NCBI GenBank assembly: GCA_965238075.1 | Contig: OZ250173.1 | Location: forward strand, 192,001 to 256,000 | DNA from: Candidatus Entotheonellaceae bacterium | GTDB taxonomy: Bacteria; Tectomicrobia; Entotheonellia; Entotheonellales; Entotheonellaceae | Reading direction: 5' to 3' | Length of the DNA stretch: 64,000 nucleotides | Shown: one piece after another, positions 33,997 through 43,818 of the stretch | How positions within the stretch are numbered: position 1 is the stretch's first letter | Layout of the letters: each line of letters starts with the position of its first letter | Translations under genes and position numbers: made by a program | The notes under the pieces: model-generated | What the model was told of the DNA's origin: nothing | The model's input: the letters and a program-made list of their open reading frames with translations, nothing else | The model's database searches: none

Positions 33997-36081
33997 ATGA
34001 GAAGCTACCGCTATTCGCGCTGGGATGGGACGCAGGAATCGTTACCGGTCGACGGTGAAGACCTGATGGAGGCCATGGCGGACGATCTGGCGTCGCACGG
34101 CGATCTCCGTCAGGCGCTGCGCAACCTGATGCAACGCGGCATGCAGGGGCGCATGGGCAGCGGTTTCGAGGGCATTCGGGAGATGATGGAGCGCCTCAAG
34201 CAGCAGAGCCGCGAGCGACTGGAGCGCTATAACCTGGCGTCGCTGGTGGATGAATTGAAGGAACGTCTGGACGACATTATTCGGGAGGAGAAGGAGACGC
34301 TGAGCCCGCCGCCGCAACAGGGGCAACAGGACGAAGAGGCCGCAACCGGCTCTCAGGCGTCGGACGGCGAATCGGCAGATAGGGCTGCTCAGCAGGGCGG
34401 GCAACAGGGGGCTTCCGCCGAGGCATCAGACCGGGCCGGCCAGGCGGGAAGCGGCGACAATCAGCAACGCCGGGAATTCATGGACCAATTGCCGCAAGAT
34501 TTCGCCGGCCGCGTCAAGGCCCTACAGCCTTACAACTTCTTGGACCCGCAGGCGCAGCAGGCTTTCGACGAACTGATGGAAATGCTCAAGCAGCAGGCCA
34601 TGGGCAACGCCATGCGTGACATGGCGCAGCGCTTTGCCGACATGTCCCCCGAAGAGCGGCAGCGTTTGAAGGAAATGATCGCCGATCTGAACCGCATGCT
34701 GGACCAGCAGGTGTGGGGCGAGCAGCCCGATTTCGACGGCTTCATGCAGAAATATGGGGACATGTTTGGCCCCAACCCGCCGCAGAGCCTGGAAGAACTG
34801 ACCCAGCAGATGGCATCGCGTATGGCGCAAATGCAATCGCTCTTCAACAGCCTACCCGAGGACCTGCGGCAAGAGCTTCAGGAGATGCTCAGCGCCGCCT
34901 TCGAGGATGAAGGATTGGCGGCCGAAATGGCGGAATTACAGGCCAATCTCGATTTCCTTGCTGCCGATGAACGGCCTTCTTATGAGTTCAGCGGCGACGC
35001 CGACGTGCCGCTGGAGCAGGCCATGCACCTGATGGACGAGTTGCAGAAGGTCGATGCCTTGCAGCAGCAGTTGCAAGATGTGGGCAAGGCCGGCTCCCTG
35101 CAGGACGTTGATGCCGAGACGCTGGAAGCCATTCTCGGCCCCGAGGGGCGCCAGGAATTGGAAAAGCTACGCGAACTTGAACGCCGCCTGGAGGAAGCCG
35201 GCTATCTGAAACGTCAGGGCGACCGCCTCGAACTGACCGCCAAGGGCGTTCGCAAAATCGGCTCTAAGGTGCTCCGAGACATCTTCAACCGACTCAAGAT
35301 CGGCCGCCACGGCGGGCACCCCACCGAGCGACGCGGCATCGGCATCGAAGCACGCCTCGACACCAAGGCCTACGAATACGGCGACCATTTCAGCCTGCAT
35401 TTGCAGCAGAGCCTGATGAACGCCGTGCAGCGCCAGGGCAAGGGTACCCCGGTGCGCATTCTGCCTGAGGATTTCGAGGTGTATCGGGATGAGAACCTGA
35501 ACCAGTGCTCCACCGTGCTGATGCTGGATCAGAGCCGGTCGATGGGGCTGAACGGCTGCTTCGACGCCGCCAAGAAGGTGGCGCTGGCCTTGCACAGTCT
35601 GATCAAGATGCAGTACCCAAGGGATCACCTGTACGTCATTGGGTTTGCCGAGTACGCCAGCGAGTTGCGCCACGAGGACATCCCGTCATCGTCCTGGGGC
35701 AGCTACTATCCGGGCACCAACATGCACCACGCCCTGATGATCGCCCGGCGCCTGCTGTCGCGCTCGCGGCATGGCCAGCGGCAGGTGCTGATGGTCACCG
35801 ACGGCGAACCGACCGCCCACCTCGAACAAAACCTGGCCTACTTCAACTATCCTCCCACTTGGCGGACCATCGAGCAAACGCTGCAGGAGGTCAAACGCTG
35901 CACTCGTGAGGGCATCGTGATCAACACGTTCATGATGGAGCAGGATCCGTACCTGATGCGGTTCGTGCAGGAAATCACCAAGATCAACCGCGGGCGGGCG
36001 TTCTTCTCCTCCCCCAGCCACCTGGGGCAGTACGTCGTCACCGATTACCTCAATAACAAGCGTCGGCGGCGCATTGCGTGA
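33997..36081 (+). CDS. VWA domain protein with long helical N-terminus
   Basis: YRYSRWDGTQ N-terminus; MIDAS DQSRSM, TNMHHAL, VTDGEPTAH. Confidence 0.88.
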   Translation: MRSYRYSRWDGTQESLPVDGEDLMEAMADDLASHGDLRQALRNLMQRGMQGRMGSGFEGIREMMERLKQQSRERLERYNLASLVDELKERLDDIIREEKETLSPPPQQGQQDEEAATGSQASDGESADRAAQQGGQQGASAEASDRAGQAGSGDNQQRREFMDQLPQDFAGRVKALQPYNFLDPQAQQAFDELMEMLKQQAMGNAMRDMAQRFADMSPEERQRLKEMIADLNRMLDQQVWGEQPDFDGFMQKYGDMFGPNPPQSLEELTQQMASRMAQMQSLFNSLPEDLRQELQEMLSAAFEDEGLAAEMAELQANLDFLAADERPSYEFSGDADVPLEQAMHLMDELQKVDALQQQLQDVGKAGSLQDVDAETLEAILGPEGRQELEKLRELERRLEEAGYLKRQGDRLELTAKGVRKIGSKVLRDIFNRLKIGRHGGHPTERRGIGIEARLDTKAYEYGDHFSLHLQQSLMNAVQRQGKGTPVRILPEDFEVYRDENLNQCSTVLMLDQSRSMGLNGCFDAAKKVALALHSLIKMQYPRDHLYVIGFAEYASELRHEDIPSSSWGSYYPGTNMHHALMIARRLLSRSRHGQRQVLMVTDGEPTAHLEQNLAYFNYPPTWRTIEQTLQEVKRCTREGIVINTFMMEQDPYLMRFVQEITKINRGRAFFSSPSHLGQYVVTDYLNNKRRRRIA

Positions 36082-36146
36082 AGCAGTGGTTCGTGAACAA
36101 TGGGTGGTGATCAGTGTTGGTCACTGGCCATTTATCACTGGTTACT

Positions 36147-37133
36147 TCAGCGGATTTTCCCCTCGATGTGAGTCAGCGTGAAAGTACTGCCAGGCTTGCG
36201 GGGATAGACGATTATGCGGGCCCGCGACAGCGTTTTCTCCACCGTTTCCAACCACAACCGTCCCTTCGATACCTGCGGTGAGGTGCGCACCTGCTCGGCG
36301 AGCTTGACGAAGCGCTGTGCGGCGCCGTGGGCTGCGTTGACCACCTCGCTGCGATAAATTTCCGCTTCCTGCCGAATCCGGTGGGCCTGTGCACGGGCAC
36401 GTGGCAGCAGGTCCTTGGCATAGCCGTCGGCGACATTCATGAGGCGCTGGCGGTCCGCCTTGGCGCTGGACACGTCGTTGAAGGCGGCGATGACGTTTGG
36501 CGGCGGATTGTCCTCGACGATGTTCACCGACACCACCTGCAGCCCGAGTCCCATGGCATCGACCAGTTCCTGGATCAGCACCCGCGATTCTTCCTGGATG
36601 CGCGCCTTGCCGCTGGACAGCACGTCGTCCACCTTCATGCGCGCTACCAGGAAAGTCAGGACGCTCTCGGCGGCCTTGCGCAGCGCCATGTCGCGGGGCT
36701 GTCCGTCACTGAAATCGGCGACGCGAAACAGGTAATCGGCCGGCGACTTGATGATATATTGAATCGCCGTCTGCATTTCGACGATGTTGGTGTCGCCGGT
36801 GAGCCATTGCACCTCTTCCTCCATCGCCACCTTGTCCGCTTGTTCAGCCTCCAGATAGCTGAAGCCGACGGCCATGGTTCGCACCTCGGTGGTGCGCACG
36901 AGGCGCATGGTTTCCAGCGGGTACGGTAGGATGAAGTGCATGCCGGCAGGCAGGATGCTCCGCACGCGGCCAAAGCGCAGCAAAACGCCCTGCTCGTTCT
37001 GCTTCACCACCCAGACGCCGGTGACGGCCATGTGCGCGATGAGGGCGACGAGCAAAACCGGCAGCAAGTACCAGCCGCGCAGCCGCATGCCAAAGCGGCC
37101 GTTGCGGGCCGATGGCGTGGTATCAGGCGTCAT
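36147..37133 (-). CDS. hflK: HflK-like SPFH protein
   Basis: TM anchor, EQGVLLRFG, LTGDTNIV, PPPNVIAAFNDV, AEIYRSEVVNAAHG, RLWLETVE. Confidence 0.88.
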   Translation of the reverse strand: MTPDTTPSARNGRFGMRLRGWYLLPVLLVALIAHMAVTGVWVVKQNEQGVLLRFGRVRSILPAGMHFILPYPLETMRLVRTTEVRTMAVGFSYLEAEQADKVAMEEEVQWLTGDTNIVEMQTAIQYIIKSPADYLFRVADFSDGQPRDMALRKAAESVLTFLVARMKVDDVLSSGKARIQEESRVLIQELVDAMGLGLQVVSVNIVEDNPPPNVIAAFNDVSSAKADRQRLMNVADGYAKDLLPRARAQAHRIRQEAEIYRSEVVNAAHGAAQRFVKLAEQVRTSPQVSKGRLWLETVEKTLSRARIIVYPRKPGSTFTLTHIEGKIR

Positions 37134-38092
37134 TGTGCGGCTCCTTCCTGCTGTTCCGTAAGGCGCTTCAGGCTGTCGACAGCGTCGCCGACACGCTCGG
37201 GCACGCCATCGCCGAAAGCCGCTGGGGATTGCAGCACCTTGAGCAATTCAGCGTCGCTTGGCACCACGATGGTGGAGCTTTCGCCGATGATGTTCTGGTA
37301 CGCCTCCAACGAGCGCACGAACTCGAAGAATTCCGGGTCCTGCCCAAACGCCTCGGCGTAAATGCGGGTGGCCTCGGCGTCGGCCTCGCCGCGAATCTCC
37401 TCGGCCTGGCGGCGCGCCTCGTTGAGCAGCACGGCTGCCTCGCGATCGGCGCTGGCGCGAATCTTCTCGGCCTCTTCCTCGCCCTCGGAGCGATACAGCC
37501 GCGCAATACGCTGGCGTTCGGCTTCCATGCGGCGAAACACCGCCTGCTTGTTCTGCGGCGGGAAATTGAGGCGCTTGATGCGCACCGCGGCGATGTGCAC
37601 GCCGAAGTTGGCGCTGGCGCGTTGCGCGGTCTTGCGGGTGATGTCGCGCATCACGTCGGCCATCGTCTGGTCCTGCTCTTCGGTCGATACCAAGGCCGAC
37701 AGCGGATAAGCTCCGAGCGTCGTGCCGACTTCCGAGCGCATGATGTCCGTCAGCCGCGCCTCGGCGCTGTTCTTGTCGGTAAGGCTGACCAGATAGCGCA
37801 GCGGATCGGCCACCGACCAGACGAGGAAATTGCTCACCAGGATGTTTTTCTTGTCTGAGGTCAGGTACTCGCCGGGCTCGGGGTCGAGCACGTTGGTGCG
37901 CCGGTCGATGCGCAACAGGGTGTCGATGGGCGGCGGCCACTTGAAATGCAGCCCCGCTTGGTCGATCACCCGCCGCGGGTCGCCGAATCGCGCCACAATG
38001 GCATACTCGGTTTCCTGCACCTGGAAGGTACCTGCAAAAGCGACGAGCGCTATCACAACCACCACGCCTATCACGATTAGAACGCTTCGCAT
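37130..38092 (-). CDS. hflC: HflC-like SPFH protein
   Basis: AIVARFGDP, GLHFKWP, LTSDKKNILV, FRRMEAER, GEADAEA..IYAEAF.QDPEFFEFVRSLEAY; overlaps hflK start by 4 nt. Confidence 0.92.
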   Translation of the reverse strand: MRSVLIVIGVVVVIALVAFAGTFQVQETEYAIVARFGDPRRVIDQAGLHFKWPPPIDTLLRIDRRTNVLDPEPGEYLTSDKKNILVSNFLVWSVADPLRYLVSLTDKNSAEARLTDIMRSEVGTTLGAYPLSALVSTEEQDQTMADVMRDITRKTAQRASANFGVHIAAVRIKRLNFPPQNKQAVFRRMEAERQRIARLYRSEGEEEAEKIRASADREAAVLLNEARRQAEEIRGEADAEATRIYAEAFGQDPEFFEFVRSLEAYQNIIGESSTIVVPSDAELLKVLQSPAAFGDGVPERVGDAVDSLKRLTEQQEGAAQ

Positions 38093-38164
38093 GTCATGAG
38101 CTCCAAATGGCAGTGGTTCGTGAAAAGTGAATAGGGGTTGGTTCTCGCCTTTGCTGGCCGCTCA

Positions 38165-40270
38165 TCACTTTCCATCACGGATGTTCCAAAGATCGACTTC
38201 GACGTCATCGCCCAGCAGGAACAACCCCTTGACGCCCTGCAAGGCGCTCTCGATGGTATCGAAATACAGTCGCCGCCGGGTCAGCGCCTCGTTGTTGCGG
38301 TATGCGTTCAGGCGCGACAGGAAGGACGTCCCCTGCCCTTTCGCTCCGTTGAGTTTCTCGCTTCTAAAGCTCTCGGCCTCCTGGATGAACGAAAACGCTT
38401 GGGCGCGCGCCGCGGCCACGGTTTCGGAGTGATAGCCCTCGGCCTGCCGGATTTTGCGTGCCCGGTCCTCCAGTGAACTGGCGACGTCGCGGAACGCCTC
38501 GTGCACGGCAGCCGGGGCGTGAGCGTCGAGCAGATTCACGGCCACCGCGCGAATGCCACTGCCAACAGCGTCGAGTTCGGCTTGCAGGGCGGCCAGAACC
38601 TCCTGCTCGATGGCGGCTCTGTCGGTTACCAGAACTTCCGACGACGAGCGGTGCGCCACCGTCTGGCGCACGGCCCACTCGGCAAAGGTGCGCACCACCG
38701 CGGCGGGCTCGGCCACCCGGTATTTGTAGGCATAGGGCCCACTAACGCTGAAGTGAACGGTATAGAAAAGGCTGAGAATGTTCTCCTCGCCGCTCATCAC
38801 TTGGGCGGCGTCGATCAGGTCCTCACGGTCGGAGCGTTCGATGTCGATGCGATTGGCAGCGCGCAGGAAGCCCTGGTCGAGGCTACGCACTTCGTTGGTG
38901 CGCAGCCGGGTGACGCGGTCGATCGGCAGCGGCAGGTGGACGTACAAACCGGGCGCCTCAAGAGCGCGCACGACGCGCCCGAAGCGCACCACCCAGGCAG
39001 CTTCGCCCGGACCGACCACGGAGAACGCGGTGGAGACGTATAGCGCGACGACAACGATGACGGCGGCGATTCGGAAGGCGGGAGACAGGGGATCGAATCC
39101 CAGCGGCGCGCAGAACGCCCGCACACGCTCGACCGTGTAGGGACCTAGCCCCATGCGGACGGTGCTGAAGACCAGCAGGTAGACGAACAGCACCGCCGCG
39201 GCGATGTCGAGCGGCGACAAGCCGCTTTCCACGACCTGGGCAACAATCGCCGCGAGGTCCACCGCGAAATAGCTGTAGACGGCGTTGATCAACAGGCCCA
39301 GCAACAAAGCACTGCCGGTGACCCCGAGCAGGTGCACCACCAAAACCCGCCGGCCGAGCAAGCGCGCAATAATGGCGATGGTGGTGGCATTGGTCGCCGG
39401 CCCCACCAGCAGCAGCACCAGGGCGGCGCCGGGGTCCAGCCCTTTGGCGATCAATGTGGCGGCCACCGGCGTGGCGGCGGCGGCGCAGATGTACATCGGT
39501 GTGCCAATCAGCAGCATCAGCACCGACGACACGAACCCCGCGGGAATGACGGACCCGAAGAAGTCATCGGGGACAAGAATGGCGATCAGCCCGGACACCA
39601 GCAGGCCGATGATCAGCCACACCGTCAAGTCGTCCAACAGCGGCCCGAAAGCGTAAGTCATCGAATCCCGTGCCACGTCCTTGACCGAGCGTTTGCCGAC
39701 GCCGCCCGGCGTGTATACGGTGCTGTGATCGTGCCCGTGATCGTGGGCGAGGTCATGAGTCTCAGCGGGTAATGCCTCGGTATCCCCATCCCAACCCCGT
39801 CGCACCACGAAATTGACCACCGAGCCGGTGAACACCGCGGTGGCGAACGCTCCTAGCGGCCGCGCCACCGTCATGATGGGGTCGAGCAGCGCGTACGTGA
39901 TGCCGATGGAATCCAGCCCCGTTTCGGGTGTGGAGATCAGGAAGGACGTCGTCGCGCCCTTGCTCGCCCCGCTGCGCCGTAGCGACGTCGCCACCGGCAG
40001 CACCGAGCACGAGCACAGCGGCAGCGGAATGCCGAACAGGGACGCTAAGGTCACCGACTTGAGCCGGTTCTCGCCGAGGTGCTTGTAGACTTTGTCCTCT
40101 GGCACAATCGCCTTCAGCACTCCCGCCAGCGCAAAACCGATCAACAGATACGGCGCCGACTCCGCCACCAGCGTCAGCATGACCCCAAAATAGTCGTTCC
40201 ACAGAAACCCGCAGACGCCCATCCCAAGAACGCAAATGCCGAGCGTGATCCCATGCCGTCGCCAAGGCAT
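38165..40270 (-). CDS. DUF318/SO_0444-type metal permease fused to a C-terminal HflK-like SPFH domain
   Basis: N-part: ESAPYLLIG, GIPLPLCSCSVLP, FLISTPETG, His loop HDLAHDHGHDH, PMYICA, GPATN; C-part: VVRFGRV, GLYVHLPLPID, SGEENI, AVHEAFRDV, AEGY, RLYFDTIE. Confidence 0.88.
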   Translation of the reverse strand: MPWRRHGITLGICVLGMGVCGFLWNDYFGVMLTLVAESAPYLLIGFALAGVLKAIVPEDKVYKHLGENRLKSVTLASLFGIPLPLCSCSVLPVATSLRRSGASKGATTSFLISTPETGLDSIGITYALLDPIMTVARPLGAFATAVFTGSVVNFVVRRGWDGDTEALPAETHDLAHDHGHDHSTVYTPGGVGKRSVKDVARDSMTYAFGPLLDDLTVWLIIGLLVSGLIAILVPDDFFGSVIPAGFVSSVLMLLIGTPMYICAAAATPVAATLIAKGLDPGAALVLLLVGPATNATTIAIIARLLGRRVLVVHLLGVTGSALLLGLLINAVYSYFAVDLAAIVAQVVESGLSPLDIAAAVLFVYLLVFSTVRMGLGPYTVERVRAFCAPLGFDPLSPAFRIAAVIVVVALYVSTAFSVVGPGEAAWVVRFGRVVRALEAPGLYVHLPLPIDRVTRLRTNEVRSLDQGFLRAANRIDIERSDREDLIDAAQVMSGEENILSLFYTVHFSVSGPYAYKYRVAEPAAVVRTFAEWAVRQTVAHRSSSEVLVTDRAAIEQEVLAALQAELDAVGSGIRAVAVNLLDAHAPAAVHEAFRDVASSLEDRARKIRQAEGYHSETVAAARAQAFSFIQEAESFRSEKLNGAKGQGTSFLSRLNAYRNNEALTRRRLYFDTIESALQGVKGLFLLGDDVEVDLWNIRDGK

Positions 40271-40334
40271 AGCGGTTCCTCCATTGGTCTAACGGTCCTC
40301 GTGAAGCCGCATCGGCCCAGACTTTCTGCGCGCG

Positions 40335-40965
40335 GCGGGCACTGCGCATTCTATAGGCATGACGGCCACAATGACAATTTCAAAACGGTTCAGCGCAGAA
40401 TGACTGGGCAGATCGGGCGCTTGGTGAAAGCGACGTGAAAACAGTGGCCGCCACTGCCGCCAGCGCAGCCGCAGCCATCAAGTCTCACCGCCGGGGCGCT
40501 TGCCGTCACAAGACCTCTAACATCGACATCGGCGACTGGGGGATGCTGAGCTTTGGCGGCATCCTTTCCCTCACCACCGCTTGGGACAAACAGGAATTGC
40601 GCGGGGCGCCGAAGATTGCGCTGACAAACGGGGGCGCCACGGTCTGATCGGCGCTCCACCCCAGTTTGTCGGTGTCGAATCCCAGGCGCTGATGGCGGAC
40701 AACGCCCATGACAGCAACGACTTGCGCGCCCAGTTGCAAGCCCGTGGCGCTACCGCGGTGATCTCTGCCAAGGCGGAATCGCGTCACGGAGATCGAAGAC
40801 GACTCGGAGATGTACAAGGGACAGCATTTCGCGGGGAATTTCTTCTGTCAACGGAAAGGCTTCGGTCGCCTTGCAAGGCGCTTCGAGAAGACCGATGTCA
40901 GCTACGCCGCGCTGATTCATGTGGTGAGTTCTCGCTTGGCGCTTGCCTGAATATCCACGGGCCCC
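40335..40965 (+). mobile_element. Degenerate IS5-family transposase remnant
   Basis: Fragments ALMADNAHDSNDLRAQLQARGATAVISAK and (other frame) EMYKGQHFAGNFFCQRKGFGRLARRFEKTDVSYAALIH resemble IS5 DDE and C-terminal signatures; boundaries approximate. Confidence 0.75.
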
Positions 40966-40984
40966 AAAACCCGCCTGGGGCCCT

Positions 40985-42337
40985 TTACAGGTTAGCAGCC
41001 GTGCGTATCACCGGCAGACCGCCCGATGGGGCAAACGTAATGCTGCGCCGCACCACGCGTACCGTGTAGCTCGGGTCCGGGCGCAAGACCACGCGCAGCA
41101 ACATCCGAGCCAAGACGATTTTCATCTCGTAGGTGGCAAACGCCGCACCGAGGCAGTGGCGCAATCCGCCGCCAAACGGAAAGAAGGTGTAAGGATCAAC
41201 GCGTCTGTCGACGAAGCGTTCGGGCTTGAATGTCTCGGGCTCCGGCCAGACGTCTGGCCGCCGATGGGTGAGGTAGATGCACGGCGACACGACGCAACCG
41301 GCCGGCAGGTCGCAGTCGCCAATACGCATTGGCGTTTCGAGATAGCGTGTGACGATAGGCAAGATGGGATCGAGGCGGGCCGTTTCTTTAATGACGGCGT
41401 CCAGATAGCTGAGTTCGGCGATCTGCTCCGCCATGTGCTCGGAGCCTTGCGATCCATTCCCGATCACCGACGCTACCTCGGTCTGAGCGGTCGCCAGCAC
41501 GTCGGGGTTTTGTAGCAGGCGGTGTACCGCCCACGACAGCGAGGTGGCCGTGGTTTCATGCCCCGCCACCAGCATGGTGATCATTTCATCCCGGATTTCG
41601 TCGTCGCTCATGGGCTGACCGTCTTCGTCGCGGGCGGCGACGAGCATGGCCATGATGTCGGTGCGCTCTTCGAGAGCTGCCGTCCTGCGCCGGGCAATTT
41701 CGTCGTACAGCAGCCGGTTGATTTCACGGCTAAGCTCGCCGATCCGTTTCCAGGCCGTGAGCGGTCCCAGATTGACTTGCAGCCGGCGAATCAGCAGCAG
41801 CGGGCTACTGCCGACCAGCCTCAGAAACTCGACCAGCAGCACGCGGAGACGAGACAGCATTTCGCCCTCGTCCACCCCGAACACCGTCCGCAGAATGATA
41901 TCCAGGGTGATTTGCTGCATATGCTTATGAATCGGAAAAACGTGTTCAACCGGCCAATCATCGATCGAGCGATCCACAATTTCACGCATGATACCGCCGT
42001 ACAGCCGCATCCGCTCGCCGTGAAACGGCGGCATGAGCAGTTTGCGCTCGCGCCGATGCCGCGCCCCATCCAGGAGCAGGAGCGAGTTGGGACCGAAGAC
42101 GGGTCTCAGGATTTCGTTGCCGCGTCCGGCGCGCAGGGTCTCGGGATCGCCGGTGAAGATCTCTTTGATGGCGGCCGGTTGACTGAAAAATACCAACGGC
42201 GGCGCGCCGATCAGGCGTATCGTAAACGCGTCGCCGTAAGCCTCGGCGCACCCCTGCATGAACGGAATTGGCTTCCAAATCCACTTAAGCGTTTGAAAGG
42301 GACGCGGACTTCTTGGACCGGTTGGCAGGGCAGGCAT
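40985..42337 (-). CDS. Cytochrome P450
   Basis: AGHETTA I-helix, ETAR (ExxR), PERF, FGGGLRHCLG heme motif; start MPALPTGP at ATG 42337. Confidence 0.96.
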   Translation of the reverse strand: MPALPTGPRSPRPFQTLKWIWKPIPFMQGCAEAYGDAFTIRLIGAPPLVFFSQPAAIKEIFTGDPETLRAGRGNEILRPVFGPNSLLLLDGARHRRERKLLMPPFHGERMRLYGGIMREIVDRSIDDWPVEHVFPIHKHMQQITLDIILRTVFGVDEGEMLSRLRVLLVEFLRLVGSSPLLLIRRLQVNLGPLTAWKRIGELSREINRLLYDEIARRRTAALEERTDIMAMLVAARDEDGQPMSDDEIRDEMITMLVAGHETTATSLSWAVHRLLQNPDVLATAQTEVASVIGNGSQGSEHMAEQIAELSYLDAVIKETARLDPILPIVTRYLETPMRIGDCDLPAGCVVSPCIYLTHRRPDVWPEPETFKPERFVDRRVDPYTFFPFGGGLRHCLGAAFATYEMKIVLARMLLRVVLRPDPSYTVRVVRRSITFAPSGGLPVIRTAANL

Positions 42338-42747
42338 GACTGAAAACCGCCATACGTAGGAGGTAAAGCAAATCTGGCTTGGTAACGGCACGCCGAGCTC
42401 AGCAGGCGGCGCTCGTTGCCAGGGCCGAGTGGCGAAATTCTTTTTTCTATCACCCTGCCCCGAAGCCAGAGAGTCAATATATGGTGAACGGTGATTCGCG
42501 TCCCCAATACTTCGGACAGTTTGGACAGCAAGGCGGCCCCACGAGTTCGCCAAATCTATAGTTGTGTCGCCCAACGCAACCGAGAATGGCGGCGTTGAAA
42601 TCAAGGGGTCTGGCAGAAATTGCCGGTGCAGGCAAAACGTCGTCGCAGAGACGCCAACTCCGGAAAGCTCGTTATCCCAAACGGGATGCACTTCAGATGC
42701 CAGGGAGAGTATGAAACAGGCCGGATCTTCCGACAATCTCGACCAGC

Positions 42748-43281
42748 CTATGAGTCCTTAACGGGTAGAAGGCTTTCGTCACGGTGAATGGGGATGGGAA
42801 ACGCCACCTGAACACGTGACGCGGCGTTCATCATCCAGATGGTTATCCACATACTGGAGAAGGTGACCTGGGTTGCCCCGGTGGGATAGGGAAAGGTGAA
42901 GAGGGCTGTCTTGCGCTTCCGGCGGCCAACCTTGGTGGCCTCGCCGGAGATGCCGCTGAGCGCGAGTAACGGGTAGGTCGTCCCCGTCGCCGCGTCCGTC
43001 AGCAGGGTCGATGTCTGAAAGCCTTCTGCCAGGAAAATCGGGCGGGGTGAACTGGCATTGTTCTTGTATACAACGCCAAGAACGAGACGGTCGCCCTTTT
43101 TCTCGACAAACCGCAGCACCCAGTTCCAGCTTTGGGCCTTGAACACTTGCCGGTTGACCTTAAGCCGCCAATCCGTCTCAGGTTGGGCGTGCGTCTCTGT
43201 AACCGGAATCAGGCCAGGACACAACAATGAAACGACAAGGAGGGCGACAGCCGCCGGGACCAGAGGCCATTGTGACCGCAT
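42748..43281 (-). CDS. Exported hypothetical protein (beta-rich)
   Basis: ATG 43281 after GAGAGGGG; signal peptide ending THA|Q; just downstream of the cytochrome c gene. Confidence 0.7.
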   Translation of the reverse strand: MRSQWPLVPAAVALLVVSLLCPGLIPVTETHAQPETDWRLKVNRQVFKAQSWNWVLRFVEKKGDRLVLGVVYKNNASSPRPIFLAEGFQTSTLLTDAATGTTYPLLALSGISGEATKVGRRKRKTALFTFPYPTGATQVTFSSMWITIWMMNAASRVQVAFPIPIHRDESLLPVKDS

Positions 43282-43312
43282 TCCCCTCTCCTCATGATTG
43301 CCGGAAGGCGGC

Positions 43313-43729
43313 TCATTCAGGATCAAGCCACACCGCCCCTCTGACCGCCAGGGTCTCCAGATACGCCCCAATTTGGCCGATTTCTTCATCGCTTAGCACC
43401 CTGCCGCCGCCATAGGGCGGCATCTTTTTTTTGCCCTTCTTGACGATTTGCACGTAAAGACTGTAGCCGCGCTTGAATTTTTGCAGATTCGAGGCTCCGG
43501 CAATTCCCCGTCCCCTGCCGTTCGCTCGTGACCCATGGCAGACCGCACAAATGGAACGGTAGAGCGTCTTACCATCCTGAACCGCGTTCTCATCACCCGA
43601 CAGCGGATTGGAAGACGCGACCCTGGCAGCCGCCAGTGCGTCCGTGCCCGCCGTCAGACCTCCACCCACAACGGTTACAAAAGCCAGCACCGACACCACA
43701 AAGAGAGTGTCGCAGCGCGTCCGTTTCAT
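43313..43729 (-). CDS. Monoheme cytochrome c
   Basis: Signal peptide, CAVCH, distal KMPPY, LSDEEI..IGAYL. Confidence 0.93.
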   Translation of the reverse strand: MKRTRCDTLFVVSVLAFVTVVGGGLTAGTDALAAARVASSNPLSGDENAVQDGKTLYRSICAVCHGSRANGRGRGIAGASNLQKFKRGYSLYVQIVKKGKKKMPPYGGGRVLSDEEIGQIGAYLETLAVRGAVWLDPE

Positions 43730-43818
43730 CCGACTCGTCTTCTCAGGTGCAGCGAAAGCACGCCAATTCGACGTGCTTTCGCCGGGTCGTTACGAAAGCC
43801 GCTGTCTGCAAGACAAGG

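Noticed and set aside
42338-42736. N-terminal extension of the P450 (possible fusion)
   Set aside because: No domain-like features; a typical P450 start (MPALPTGP) lies at 42337
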